DNA of 31,298 nucleotides, taken from positions 1 through 31,298 of IMG/VR virus record IMGVR_UViG_3300017778_001321. One strand, 5' to 3'. Of this stretch, positions 8,113 through 16,916 are shown piece after piece. Below the pieces are notes generated by a model. That model saw nothing but the letters and a program-made list of their open reading frames with translations, was not told the DNA's origin and searched no databases. The translations under genes and the position numbers were made by a program. The DNA is from a virus (Duplodnaviria > Caudoviricetes). Each line of letters opens with the position of its first letter. Positions within the stretch are counted from its first letter, which is position 1.

Positions 8113-9318
8113 GTGGCTAATTCACTTCTTACCATCGACATGATTACTCGGAAGGCTCTCGAAATCCTCGAGAACAACCTTGTGATTACCCGCACCGTGA
8201 ACCGCCAATACGACGACAGCTTTGCCGTCGAAGGCGCGAAGATCGGCTCAACCCTGCGTATCCGTCTGCCAGACCGCGCTCTGGTGACTGACGGCGCCGC
8301 GCTGCAAGTGCAGGACGACAACGAACAGTTCACCACGCTGACGGTTTCCAACCAGAAGCACATCGGTGTGAACTTTACGTCTGCCGAACTGACCATGCAG
8401 TTGGACGACTTCGCCGAACGCGTTCTCAAGCCGCGTATTTCGCAGCTTGCGTCCAGCATCGACGCGGATGTGGCCAACTCCTACAAGTCCATCTTCCAGT
8501 CTGTCGGCACCCCCGGCACGACCCCGGCGACCTCTCTGGTTCTGTTGCAAGCGCAGCAGAAACTGAACGAGTCAGCCGCTGTCATGTCTCCGCGCTACGC
8601 CACGGTAAGCCCCGCGGCCAACGCAGGGCTTGTTGAAGGCTTGAAGGGCCTCTTTAACCCGGTCAACACCATCTCTCGCCAGTTCAAGAACGGCCTGATG
8701 GGTGAAGGCGTGCTGGGTCTTGAAGAAATCAACATGTCTCAGTCCATCAAGCAGCATACGACCGGCTCCCGCACCGGCGCGCATACCGTGACGACCACGG
8801 TGTCCACGCAGGGCCAGGCGACCGTCAACATCACCGGCACCGGCTCGCAGGTCATCGCGGCTGGCGACGTGTTCACCATCGCCAGCGTGTTTGCAGTTAA
8901 CCCGCAGACCCGCGAATCAACCGGCTCGCTTCAACAGTTTGTTGTGACTGAAGCCAACACGGCTTCCGGCGGTGCGTACACCTCGGTGGCGATTAGCCCG
9001 GCGCTTTATACTTCGACAAATGCTCTTGCGACGGTGGACAGCTTCCCGCAGTCCAGCGCGGTGGTGACGTTCCTCGGCTCTGCGTCTACGCAGTACCCGC
9101 AGAACTTGATCTACCACAAGGACGCGATTTCCTTTGCGACGGCGGACCTTCTGTTGCCGCAGGGCGTGGACATGGCTTCCCGCCAGGTTCACAACGGCAT
9201 CTCGCTTCGTGTTGTACGCCAGTACGACATCAACAACGACCGCCTACCGTGCCGTATTGACGTGCTGTACGGTTTCAGCGCCATCCGCCCACCAATGGCC
9301 GTTCGGCTCTGGGGCTAA
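8113..9318 (+). CDS. major capsid protein, P22 gp5-like
   Basis: GTG start with SD TAAGGA; MANSLLTIDMITRKALEILENNL, AKIGSTLRIRLP, C-terminal CRIDVLYGF. Confidence 0.95.
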   Translation: MANSLLTIDMITRKALEILENNLVITRTVNRQYDDSFAVEGAKIGSTLRIRLPDRALVTDGAALQVQDDNEQFTTLTVSNQKHIGVNFTSAELTMQLDDFAERVLKPRISQLASSIDADVANSYKSIFQSVGTPGTTPATSLVLLQAQQKLNESAAVMSPRYATVSPAANAGLVEGLKGLFNPVNTISRQFKNGLMGEGVLGLEEINMSQSIKQHTTGSRTGAHTVTTTVSTQGQATVNITGTGSQVIAAGDVFTIASVFAVNPQTRESTGSLQQFVVTEANTASGGAYTSVAISPALYTSTNALATVDSFPQSSAVVTFLGSASTQYPQNLIYHKDAISFATADLLLPQGVDMASRQVHNGISLRVVRQYDINNDRLPCRIDVLYGFSAIRPPMAVRLWG

Positions 9319-9343
9319 CAGGTAGAGATAGGAGAACACAATC

Positions 9344-9760
9344 ATGGCTATTCCTTCTGTCGGTGGCGGCTATCAATTTGGTGATGGCAACCTAAATGAA
9401 ACCGAAATCGTCACTGTCCCTGCGCCGGCAACGGCTACGGACAGCGCGACGCTGACGGCCGCGCAGCTTACCAACGGCATCCTCATCGGTACGCCGACGA
9501 CGACCGCCGCGTACACGCTGCCGTTGGCAACTACGTTGGACGCCACTCTTACTAACTCCAAAGTGGGGTCTTCGTTTGATTTCAGCGTCATCAACACGAC
9601 GACCGCGGGCGTCATCACCATGACGACCAACACTGGCTGGACCATCGGTTCCAGCGGTTCGCAGGGTCTTATGACCATTGCAGCCACCGCCGGCACCGTT
9701 CGGTCTTTCCGCGCGCGGAAGTCCAGCGATGGCGCGTGGGCGCTGTACGCAATCTCGTAA
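9344..9760 (+). CDS. putative capsid decoration protein
   Basis: 138 aa, Thr-rich, AAYTLPLA motif, SD AGGAG; follows the coat gene. Confidence 0.65.
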   Translation: MAIPSVGGGYQFGDGNLNETEIVTVPAPATATDSATLTAAQLTNGILIGTPTTTAAYTLPLATTLDATLTNSKVGSSFDFSVINTTTAGVITMTTNTGWTIGSSGSQGLMTIAATAGTVRSFRARKSSDGAWALYAIS

Positions 9761-9767
9761 TCTACCC

Positions 9768-9798
9768 GGCCCCTGCTTCGGCAGGGGCCACCTCCTTT
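9768..9798 (+). terminator. strong hairpin (terminator or mRNA stabiliser) after the capsid genes
   Basis: GGCCCCTGC-TTCG-GCAGGGGCC perfect 9-bp stem with C(UUCG)G loop; weak T-tract (ACCTCCTTT). Confidence 0.65.
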
Positions 9799-9808
9799 AG
9801 AGGCATAC

Positions 9809-10021
9809 ATGGCTGTTATTTACCTGACGCATCCCCAGCACGGCACTAAGGTGGCTATTATGGACGCCGAAGCAATTTATGATGAAGAATGCGGCTGGAA
9901 GCGCTATGATCCCGCCGCGCCGGCTTCTGCATCGGACATTGAACCTGTCAACGGGCTAGTTGTCCGGCGGCGCCGCACTCGGGTAACCAAAGAGGACGAC
10001 AGCAATGGCAACGGCGGGTGA
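9809..10021 (+). CDS. hypothetical protein (head-completion region)
   Basis: 70 aa, MAVIYLTHPQHGTKVA..., SD AGAGG. Confidence 0.7.
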   Translation: MAVIYLTHPQHGTKVAIMDAEAIYDEECGWKRYDPAAPASASDIEPVNGLVVRRRRTRVTKEDDSNGNGG

Positions 10022-10715
10022 CCAGATAAACGGAGCGCTTCGGCTGCTTGGGGTGCTGGCAGAAGGCGAAACGCCATCTGCTGAAACGTCTCAAGACGCG
10101 CTTAACGCGCTCAATCAAATGATTGACAGTTGGAATACCGAACGGCTTACCGTGTTTTCTACTCTGGACCAAGTGGAAACTTGGCCGCCGGGGCAAGCGT
10201 ATAGGACATTTGGCCCGACCGGCAACATCGTAGGCGACCGACCGATCTTGGTGGACGACAGCACCTATTTCCGCGACCCCGCCAGCGGCATCTCATACGG
10301 CCTCAAGCTGATTAATCAGCAGCAGTACAACGGCATCGCGGTTAAGACCGTGACCAGCACATATCCACAAGTGCTGTGGATCAACATGACATTCCCCAAC
10401 ATCGAAATGTATGTGTACCCGGTGCCGACTAAGGTGCTGGAGTTTCACATCGTCTCGGTGCAACCGTTGTCTCAACCGGCAAACTTGGCGACAGAATTGA
10501 CGTTTCCGCCGGGCTATCTGCGGTGTTTCCGCTACAACTTGGCGTGTGAAATTGCGCCTGAGTTTGGTGTTGAACCCTCGCCGCAGGTGCAGCGTATCGC
10601 CATGACATCTAAACGCAATCTTAAGCGTATCAACAACCCTGACGACATCATGGCGCTGCCGTACAGCATCGTTGGCACCCGCCAACGCTACAACATCTTT
10701 GCCGGCAATTATTGA
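10005..10715 (+). CDS. head-to-tail adaptor (P22 gp4-like)
   Basis: MATAGDQINGALRLLGVLAEGETPS...ALNALNQMIDSW; YNLACEIAPEFG. Confidence 0.8.
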   Translation: MATAGDQINGALRLLGVLAEGETPSAETSQDALNALNQMIDSWNTERLTVFSTLDQVETWPPGQAYRTFGPTGNIVGDRPILVDDSTYFRDPASGISYGLKLINQQQYNGIAVKTVTSTYPQVLWINMTFPNIEMYVYPVPTKVLEFHIVSVQPLSQPANLATELTFPPGYLRCFRYNLACEIAPEFGVEPSPQVQRIAMTSKRNLKRINNPDDIMALPYSIVGTRQRYNIFAGNY

Positions 10716-10724
10716 GGTGACATC

Positions 10725-11336
10725 ATGACCACTGTAGCAATCTCGCAACTTCCTCAAGCCACCACTACATCCGGCACGGATGATTACCCGTTGGTGCAGG
10801 GGGGAATTACCAAGCGGATTACGTTTACTAATTTGTTTGCCAACGCGACCGGCGTCCCGATTATCGCAGGCACCACGGGTACGCTTTCGGTTGCGCGCGG
10901 CGGCACGGGCGCCACAGTGGCCACGGGGACGGGCAATGTTGTTCTTGCTACTAGTCCCTCGCTAACGACCCCCACGCTAACGACCCCCACTATTAGCGCT
11001 GCAACCTTTACCGGTACGCAGACGTTTAACGGACCCATAGCAAGCGCCGCGCAGGCGCTGTCTGGCGCTGGCGCGGTCAACATTACTGAGTTGACCACCA
11101 AGTTTACTTCTACTGCGGCAGGCAACGCGCTCACGCTTGCCAACGGCGTGGAAGGGCAGATAAAGGTAATTGTGTACGTGGCCGAAACCGCGGGCGGTGA
11201 TACAGGCATTTTGACGCCTGCAAACCTCGGCGCCGGCACCACAATCACGTTTAACACTGTGGGCGACGCTTGTATTCTTCAGTACCTTGGTACTGATTGG
11301 TGGGCCGTTTCGCTCCGCGGCGCAGTGCTAGCCTAA
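10725..11336 (+). CDS. short fibre/appendage with N-terminal ISQL domain
   Basis: MTTVAISQLPQA...YPLVQGGITKRIT aligns by eye with the N-terminus of the 6113 protein; LSVARGGTGAT and LTTPT repeats. Confidence 0.7.
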   Translation: MTTVAISQLPQATTTSGTDDYPLVQGGITKRITFTNLFANATGVPIIAGTTGTLSVARGGTGATVATGTGNVVLATSPSLTTPTLTTPTISAATFTGTQTFNGPIASAAQALSGAGAVNITELTTKFTSTAAGNALTLANGVEGQIKVIVYVAETAGGDTGILTPANLGAGTTITFNTVGDACILQYLGTDWWAVSLRGAVLA

Positions 11337-11339
11337 CCA

Positions 11340-12974
11340 ATGAAGACGCCGATCCTTGGCTCGACCTACGTGGCCCGCAGCGTCAACGCTGCGGACAGCC
11401 GCATGGTCAATTTGTTTCCAGAGCTTGTGCCTGAGGGCGGCAAAGAACCGGCGTTTCTTCAACGTGCGCCGGGTTTGCAATTGCTTGCCACGGTCGGCAC
11501 CGGGCCTATCCGCGGGCTGTGGCAGTTTGGTGCATATGGGTATGTGGTGTCCGGCGGTGAATTGTACCGCGTGGATACGTCTTGGACAGCGACTTTACTA
11601 GGTATAATTAATGGGTCTGGTCCCGTTTCCATATCTGATAACGGAACGCAACTTTTCATTGCCGCTAACGGCCCAAGTTTTATATACAACAGCGCCACAT
11701 CTGTGCTTGCGCCCATATCTGACCTTGATTTTCCAGGTGCAGGGTCTGTGGGATTTTTGGACGGCTATTTTGTGTTCAACGAGCCTAATAGTCAAAAGAT
11801 ATGGGTTACAAGCCTGCTAGACGGTACGTCGGTTGACCCGCTTGATTTTGCCAGCGCCGAAGGTTCGCCGGACGGCGTGGTGTCTATCATAGTGGATCAC
11901 CGCGAGGTGTGGGTGTTTGGCACCAATTCGGTTGAAGTTTGGTATGATTCTGGGGATGCCGATTTTCCGCTTACGCGGGTGCAAGGTGCGTTTAACGAAA
12001 TAGGTTGCGCCGCTGCGTATTCCGTTGCCAAGCTGGACAACGGCTTATTTTGGCTTGGCTCTGACGCGCGTGGGCGCGGAATTGTGTACCGCGCCAACGG
12101 TTACACCGGAACGCGCATTTCCACCCACGCGGTTGAGTGGCAAATACAGCAGTACGGCGACATTTCGGACGCCATAGGCTATACCTACCAGCAGGACGGC
12201 CATTCATTCTATGTTCTGATTTTTCCATCCGCCAACACAACCTGGGTGTACGACGTGGCCACGCAAGCTTGGCATGAGCGCGCAGGCTGGGATAACGGCG
12301 AGTTTACGCGGCACCGCAGCAACTGCCAGATGTCGTTTAATAACGAAATTGTGGTTGGCGATTTTGAGAACGGCAACATTTACGCTTTTGACTTAGATGT
12401 TTACGCCGACAACGGGCAAATTCAACGCTGGTTGCGGTCTTGGCGGGCAATACCAACCGGCCAAAACACGCTTCTTCGCACAACGCAGCACTCTTTGCAG
12501 CTTGATTGCGAAACAGGCGTGGGGTTAGACCTATACCCCGCGTACGACGCGCAAGATTTAATTGCAGAGAACGGCGATTTGATAATCGCTGAGTATGTTC
12601 AAAATGACATATCTACTGAGTCCGGTGATGAGTTGACTACAGAAGCTGGCGACGAGTTTGCATTGCTTGTTGATGCGCCTAACTACCCTATTCCGTTTGT
12701 ACCTCCGATGTATCTAACCACAACCAGTTACCCGGCTGCGCCAGGTTACAATCCGCAAGTCATGTTGCGGTGGTCTGACGACGGCGGGCACACATGGTCG
12801 AACGAGCATTGGAAGTCTACGGGTCAAATTGGCCGCTACGGCTTCCGCACCATCTGGCGCCGGTTGGGCATGACTATGAAAATCCGCGACCGTGTGTATG
12901 AAGTGTCCGGCACGGACCCAGTAAAGATTGCCATCATGGGCGCGGAATTACGAGCCAGTCCGACCAATGCTTAA
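11340..12974 (+). CDS. tail hub / packaged DNA stabilisation protein (P22 gp10-like)
   Basis: GPIRGLW, FLDGYFVF, FASAEGSPD, RISTHAVE, TWVYDVATQAWHER, WSDDGGHTWS; carries an acidic insertion at ~12555-12670. Confidence 0.9.
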   Translation: MKTPILGSTYVARSVNAADSRMVNLFPELVPEGGKEPAFLQRAPGLQLLATVGTGPIRGLWQFGAYGYVVSGGELYRVDTSWTATLLGIINGSGPVSISDNGTQLFIAANGPSFIYNSATSVLAPISDLDFPGAGSVGFLDGYFVFNEPNSQKIWVTSLLDGTSVDPLDFASAEGSPDGVVSIIVDHREVWVFGTNSVEVWYDSGDADFPLTRVQGAFNEIGCAAAYSVAKLDNGLFWLGSDARGRGIVYRANGYTGTRISTHAVEWQIQQYGDISDAIGYTYQQDGHSFYVLIFPSANTTWVYDVATQAWHERAGWDNGEFTRHRSNCQMSFNNEIVVGDFENGNIYAFDLDVYADNGQIQRWLRSWRAIPTGQNTLLRTTQHSLQLDCETGVGLDLYPAYDAQDLIAENGDLIIAEYVQNDISTESGDELTTEAGDEFALLVDAPNYPIPFVPPMYLTTTSYPAAPGYNPQVMLRWSDDGGHTWSNEHWKSTGQIGRYGFRTIWRRLGMTMKIRDRVYEVSGTDPVKIAIMGAELRASPTNA

Positions 12975-13500
12975 CCCACCCAACATCACAAATATCCCTG
13001 CGCCGCGCGTTCCAATCATCGACGAGCGCACGGGGCTAATGTCGCGGGAGTGGTACAGGTTTTTATTAAACCTGTTCACGCTTACCGGAAGCGGCAACGA
13101 TACGACATCTATACAGGATGTGCAGCTTGGGCCGCCGGGCGTCGACGAGGCTGCGCTTCAGGCGGCGCTTCAAGCATACATGGACGTGACACCCCCCGCG
13201 CAAGCAGTTCCCACCCCGTTTGACACGCTGGCCCCACCAACGTTTCAGGACGTGCCGGGCCGGTTTCTACGCCCTTCCGGCGTAACCCCCGGCGCGTCGC
13301 CCTACACATACCAGAACACGTCCGGCCGCCCCGGCAACATGATTGTATCAGGCGGCACGGTGTCGGCCATTGCTTTTTCCCGCGACAATGCAACTTTCTA
13401 TAGCGTCGGGGTTGTTTCTGGTGTATTTCCTTTATCGGCATATGATTTTTTGCGGGTGACGTACACCGTAGCACCTACAATGACCTTTATCCCTAGGTAA
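12967..13500 (+). CDS. tail protein (needle/adaptor position)
   Basis: ATG 12967 overlaps the hub gene stop; PAPRVPIIDERTGLMSREWYRFL N-terminus. Confidence 0.7.
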   Translation: MLNPPNITNIPAPRVPIIDERTGLMSREWYRFLLNLFTLTGSGNDTTSIQDVQLGPPGVDEAALQAALQAYMDVTPPAQAVPTPFDTLAPPTFQDVPGRFLRPSGVTPGASPYTYQNTSGRPGNMIVSGGTVSAIAFSRDNATFYSVGVVSGVFPLSAYDFLRVTYTVAPTMTFIPR

Positions 13501-13517
13501 ACGCAGGAGCGCGCTTA

Positions 13518-15254
13518 ATGGCTAATCTCAGCCCCCCGCCGAAACTACAATTTTTTGACGCTAACGGCGTTCCTTTGGCCGGCGGCAAATTATATTCTTA
13601 CGCCGCCGGCACGACAACGCCCCTGGCGACGTACACCAGCGCCGGCGAAACAGCCTTCAACACTAACCCCGTTATTCTAAACGCCCGCGGCGAAGCTGAA
13701 GTGTGGCTAGGGGCGCCGCTGTATAAATTTAAATTAACTACGGCGGCGGACGTTGAAATTTGGACTGTTGACAACATTAATTCTTTGGCTGGTCTTTCGG
13801 CCGCCATCGTGGCGTCAGAAACAGCTATCAAAGCGTACTACGCCGCAAGCGACGGGTCATCTAAGGTAGGGTTTATTCAAGCGGGCGTTAGCGCCGTTGC
13901 GCGCACCGCGCAAGCCAAAATGCGCGATATCATTAACGTGCGCGATTTTGGCGCGGTAGGAGACCTTAACACCGATGATACTGCCGCCGTTCAAGCGGCG
14001 GTCAACGCGTCTAACGGCAACACGATCTTCTTTCCTACAGGGCAATACCGCCTTACCGCGCCGATTACAGCAACGCAAACCATTAGCGTTTTGGGTGTAG
14101 GAAATGGCGCAGGGCCGGGCGCGGCAGAGCAAAGCAACTCGCAAGTCACTCAATTCTTTTTGGACTTTGCCAACCCTTCTTGTTTTGTGGTGACAAACAC
14201 ACTCAAACCTTGTTTGTTCCGTGATTTCCAAATTAACGTCAATCCCGCTTGGCGCCCCGCTGGCGCGGGCCGAGGCATTTCAATTTCTGCACCGAGCGGG
14301 ACAGGCACCAACGCAAATACCAAGATTGAAAACGTCGCTTTCAATTGGCTGCATACGCCAATTTACGCCTACAAGCCTAACTGGTGGACAATAGCGGGGT
14401 GCTATTTTGGAAATTGGACCAGCGACGCCATTTTCTCAGAAACGCAATCTGGCATTGAGGCATCGCTTGGGTGGGTACGGGGAAATTATTTTTTTGGTGA
14501 CCCAACCGTTTCTCAGCGGTCGTGCATAAATCTACAGAACGGGTACACCATTATTTCCGAAAATGAAATTCTTGGCACCCAATCCGGTATACGCATTGAC
14601 AACGCCAACTTCCCTGCCGGGTTCATTAAGATAATCAATAACACCATAGAAGAACAGTTTTATTCGGGCGTTTATCTGGTCGGGACCGACACGAACGACG
14701 TTACCATGGTAGATATATCTGGTAATGAGTTTTCGGCGGTAAGCACCGCTGCGTCATACTTGGCAAGCATCTGGATTGGCGATGGCCCGGCGCGTCAATG
14801 GCTGCAAGATGTCACTATTAAAAACAACATAACACGCAATTTAGGCGTATGCTCGCTTGGTCATATGCGGGTAGGCGCGGGCGCTAACGTCATGGTTTCC
14901 GACAATCTGCTTGAAAATATCGGCGGCTCTGCGGTTGTTAGTGGGTTAATCATCAATGGAACAGCAAGCAACGCGGCGCTTGCGGCGCAGATTGCCGTGC
15001 TAGATAATATGTTTCGAGGCTCGTTCACGAATAGATATGATCTAAACGCTTTAGGCGGAACAGGTACAATCTTACGCGACACAGTGGCGATGACTGTCGC
15101 GCAGATACCAATCAACATAGCAGACGGCAGCGAGGTTTATACAAGCGACGGTCGCAGTACGGGGGCCGCTAACCTGACCTTGATTGCCGGCGGCGCTGGC
15201 GCCAAAGCAATTCGGCAGCGCGGCGCTTGGTTGACGCCGGGGTTTCTGGCATGA
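13518..15254 (+). CDS. tailspike with right-handed beta-helix (pectate-lyase-3-like), likely polysaccharide receptor-binding depolymerase
   Basis: Particle-binding N-terminus QFFDANGVPLAGGKLYSYAAGTTTPLATY, INVRDFGAVGDLNTDDTAAVQAA motif, Asn/Ile beta-helix repeats. Confidence 0.9.
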   Translation: MANLSPPPKLQFFDANGVPLAGGKLYSYAAGTTTPLATYTSAGETAFNTNPVILNARGEAEVWLGAPLYKFKLTTAADVEIWTVDNINSLAGLSAAIVASETAIKAYYAASDGSSKVGFIQAGVSAVARTAQAKMRDIINVRDFGAVGDLNTDDTAAVQAAVNASNGNTIFFPTGQYRLTAPITATQTISVLGVGNGAGPGAAEQSNSQVTQFFLDFANPSCFVVTNTLKPCLFRDFQINVNPAWRPAGAGRGISISAPSGTGTNANTKIENVAFNWLHTPIYAYKPNWWTIAGCYFGNWTSDAIFSETQSGIEASLGWVRGNYFFGDPTVSQRSCINLQNGYTIISENEILGTQSGIRIDNANFPAGFIKIINNTIEEQFYSGVYLVGTDTNDVTMVDISGNEFSAVSTAASYLASIWIGDGPARQWLQDVTIKNNITRNLGVCSLGHMRVGAGANVMVSDNLLENIGGSAVVSGLIINGTASNAALAAQIAVLDNMFRGSFTNRYDLNALGGTGTILRDTVAMTVAQIPINIADGSEVYTSDGRSTGAANLTLIAGGAGAKAIRQRGAWLTPGFLA

Positions 15255-15373
15255 TTTGCCCTGTAACCGGCTGGCGCCTTTCGCCGCAAGCCCCGCAACC
15301 GCAAGCGCCGGAAATGTGTCCCATTACTGGGTGGCGCATTAAATCAAAAGAGGATGCCCGACAATGGCCGTAA
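15251..15373 (+). CDS. 40-aa microprotein with two CPxTGWR motifs (not in ORF track)
   Basis: MICPVTGWRLSPQAPQPQAPEMCPITGWRIKSKEDARQWP; ATGA coupling to the tailspike stop; repeats differ at synonymous positions. Confidence 0.65.
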   Translation: MICPVTGWRLSPQAPQPQAPEMCPITGWRIKSKEDARQWP

Positions 15374-15702
15374 CCGTTAAGGTTCTCATTCCCGCCAAGA
15401 CTGCCGAGAACGCGCAAATTACGCAGTACACGGCGAACGGTGTCACGACGATCATCGACAAGTTCACCGCGACCAACTACAGCGCGGCGGCGGCTACGAT
15501 CAGCGTCAATCTGGTGACGGTGGCGGGCTCGGCAAGCAACGACAACCTGATTGTCCAGACCAAGACCCTACAGGCCGGGGAGACGTACACGTTCCCTGAG
15601 ATTGTCGGGCAAACCTTGTCGCCTGGCGGGTTTATCTCTACCATTGCCGGCACGGCTTCGGCCATCAACATTCGGTCAAACGGGCGAGAAGTAACGCAGT
15701 GA
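15364..15702 (+). CDS. small beta-rich virion protein
   Basis: 112 aa, SD AGAGG; in the tail module. Confidence 0.7.
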   Translation: MAVTVKVLIPAKTAENAQITQYTANGVTTIIDKFTATNYSAAAATISVNLVTVAGSASNDNLIVQTKTLQAGETYTFPEIVGQTLSPGGFISTIAGTASAINIRSNGREVTQ

Positions 15703-16148
15703 CCTCAGAAGACCAACTTCGGAAGTTATTTAGCGACGTTTTAGGTTTGCCGCCTGACGCCGCGGAATGGCTTTTAGACCTTTGGGCGGTCATCCAAGTG
15801 TTTGACGACGTGGCCGACGGCGACAACGTGGAGCGTAGAGCCTTACATGACGCCGTTTGGCGCAGCCTTATTCACATGCCGTCCAACCCTTTTTTCTCCG
15901 CCAACAGCGGGAATTTGCTGCCCATTCTGGCCAACGCGTTCCTTAAGTGGGTGGCGTCCGACGACGCCGAGCGCGCAGGGCAAATTGACGAAAGGTCTTT
16001 TATTTGGCGCGCATCCTATTACGATGTCGTGTTAATGGTTGTATTGTTGGCTCAAGGCAAGGACGCGGCGTTAGCCAAGGCGGTTACAGTCATGTCTTTA
16101 TACGGCGAAAACTTCGACGCCTACAAAAAGGAGTTTTCTAATGCCTGA
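15699..16148 (+). CDS. alpha-helical protein with DDxxD motif (isoprenoid-synthase-like?)
   Basis: VIQVFDDVADGD and a second acidic patch SDDAER; GTGA coupling; lies directly before the ejection genes. Confidence 0.6.
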   Translation: MTSEDQLRKLFSDVLGLPPDAAEWLLDLWAVIQVFDDVADGDNVERRALHDAVWRSLIHMPSNPFFSANSGNLLPILANAFLKWVASDDAERAGQIDERSFIWRASYYDVVLMVVLLAQGKDAALAKAVTVMSLYGENFDAYKKEFSNA

Positions 16149-16905
16149 ACCAGTATCGACCGGCACCGCAATTCTTGGCGCCGCCGCCCTTGGCACCGGC
16201 GTTAGCCTTTTCGGCGCAAACAAAGCGTCGAAGGCGCAAACCAACGCCGCGCGCGACGCCGCTCAACTGCAACAGCAAGGTTATGACCGGCAAGAGGCTT
16301 TACAAGAGCCGTTTCGCCAAGCCGGCCTGACCGCGCAAAACAGGTTGATGGATTATTTGGCGCTAAGCGACGACAAGTCGGCGCCCGACTATGGTAAGTA
16401 CGCCCGCGATTTTGGTATGTCGGATTTTCAGGCGGACCCAGGCTACGGGTTTCGCATGAGCGAAGGCATGAAGGCGCTAGAACGATCTGCCGCGGCGCGC
16501 GGCGGCCTTCTGTCCGGCGCCACGTTGAAAGGCATTACGCGGTTCGGCCAGGACACCGCGTCAAGCGAATACATCAACGCCTTCAATCGGTACCAGACAA
16601 ACAGGTCCAATCAGATTAACCCTTTGCAAAGCCTTTTGGGTAGCGGCCAGACCAGCACCAACCTGTTGTCCAACGCGGCAGGGCAGGCGGGCCAGGGTAT
16701 GGCCGGCGCTGCGATGGCCGGCGCCCAAGCCCGCGCGTCGGGCTACGCCAACATGGCCTCCGCGCTGAACCAAGGTCTTAGCACTGGCGCCAACATGTAC
16801 ATGCAGGTGCCGTTGTATAGCGCCATGGCGAGGTATTATGGCCGCGGCGCGCCGGTAAGCACCGCCGGCACTGTTGGCGGTCCTGGCGATACGTTCCAAA
16901 GTTAA
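16141..16905 (+). CDS. DNA ejection protein 1 (gp7-like)
   Basis: Gly/Ala-rich hydrophobic N-terminus, DPGYGFR..EG..ALERSAAARGGLLSGATLK motif. Confidence 0.8.
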   Translation: MPEPVSTGTAILGAAALGTGVSLFGANKASKAQTNAARDAAQLQQQGYDRQEALQEPFRQAGLTAQNRLMDYLALSDDKSAPDYGKYARDFGMSDFQADPGYGFRMSEGMKALERSAAARGGLLSGATLKGITRFGQDTASSEYINAFNRYQTNRSNQINPLQSLLGSGQTSTNLLSNAAGQAGQGMAGAAMAGAQARASGYANMASALNQGLSTGANMYMQVPLYSAMARYYGRGAPVSTAGTVGGPGDTFQS

Positions 16906-16916
16906 GGAATTTACAC

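Noticed and set aside
9316-9346. Read-through or frameshift fusion of coat to the decoration protein
   Set aside because: Different frames, no slippery sequence seen, and the downstream gene has its own SD.
10970-11000. Short tandem repeat CGCTAACGACCCCCAC
   Set aside because: Encodes LTTPT pentapeptide repeats, which are ordinary in fibre shafts.
15251-16148. ComX/ComQ-like quorum-sensing pair (PIT...RQW peptide near a DDxxD protein; compare ComX ADPITRQWGD)
   Set aside because: The QWP codons are dictated by overlap with the next gene's start (CA-ATG-GCC-G), the context is virion structural, and no receptor gene is present; probably coincidence.
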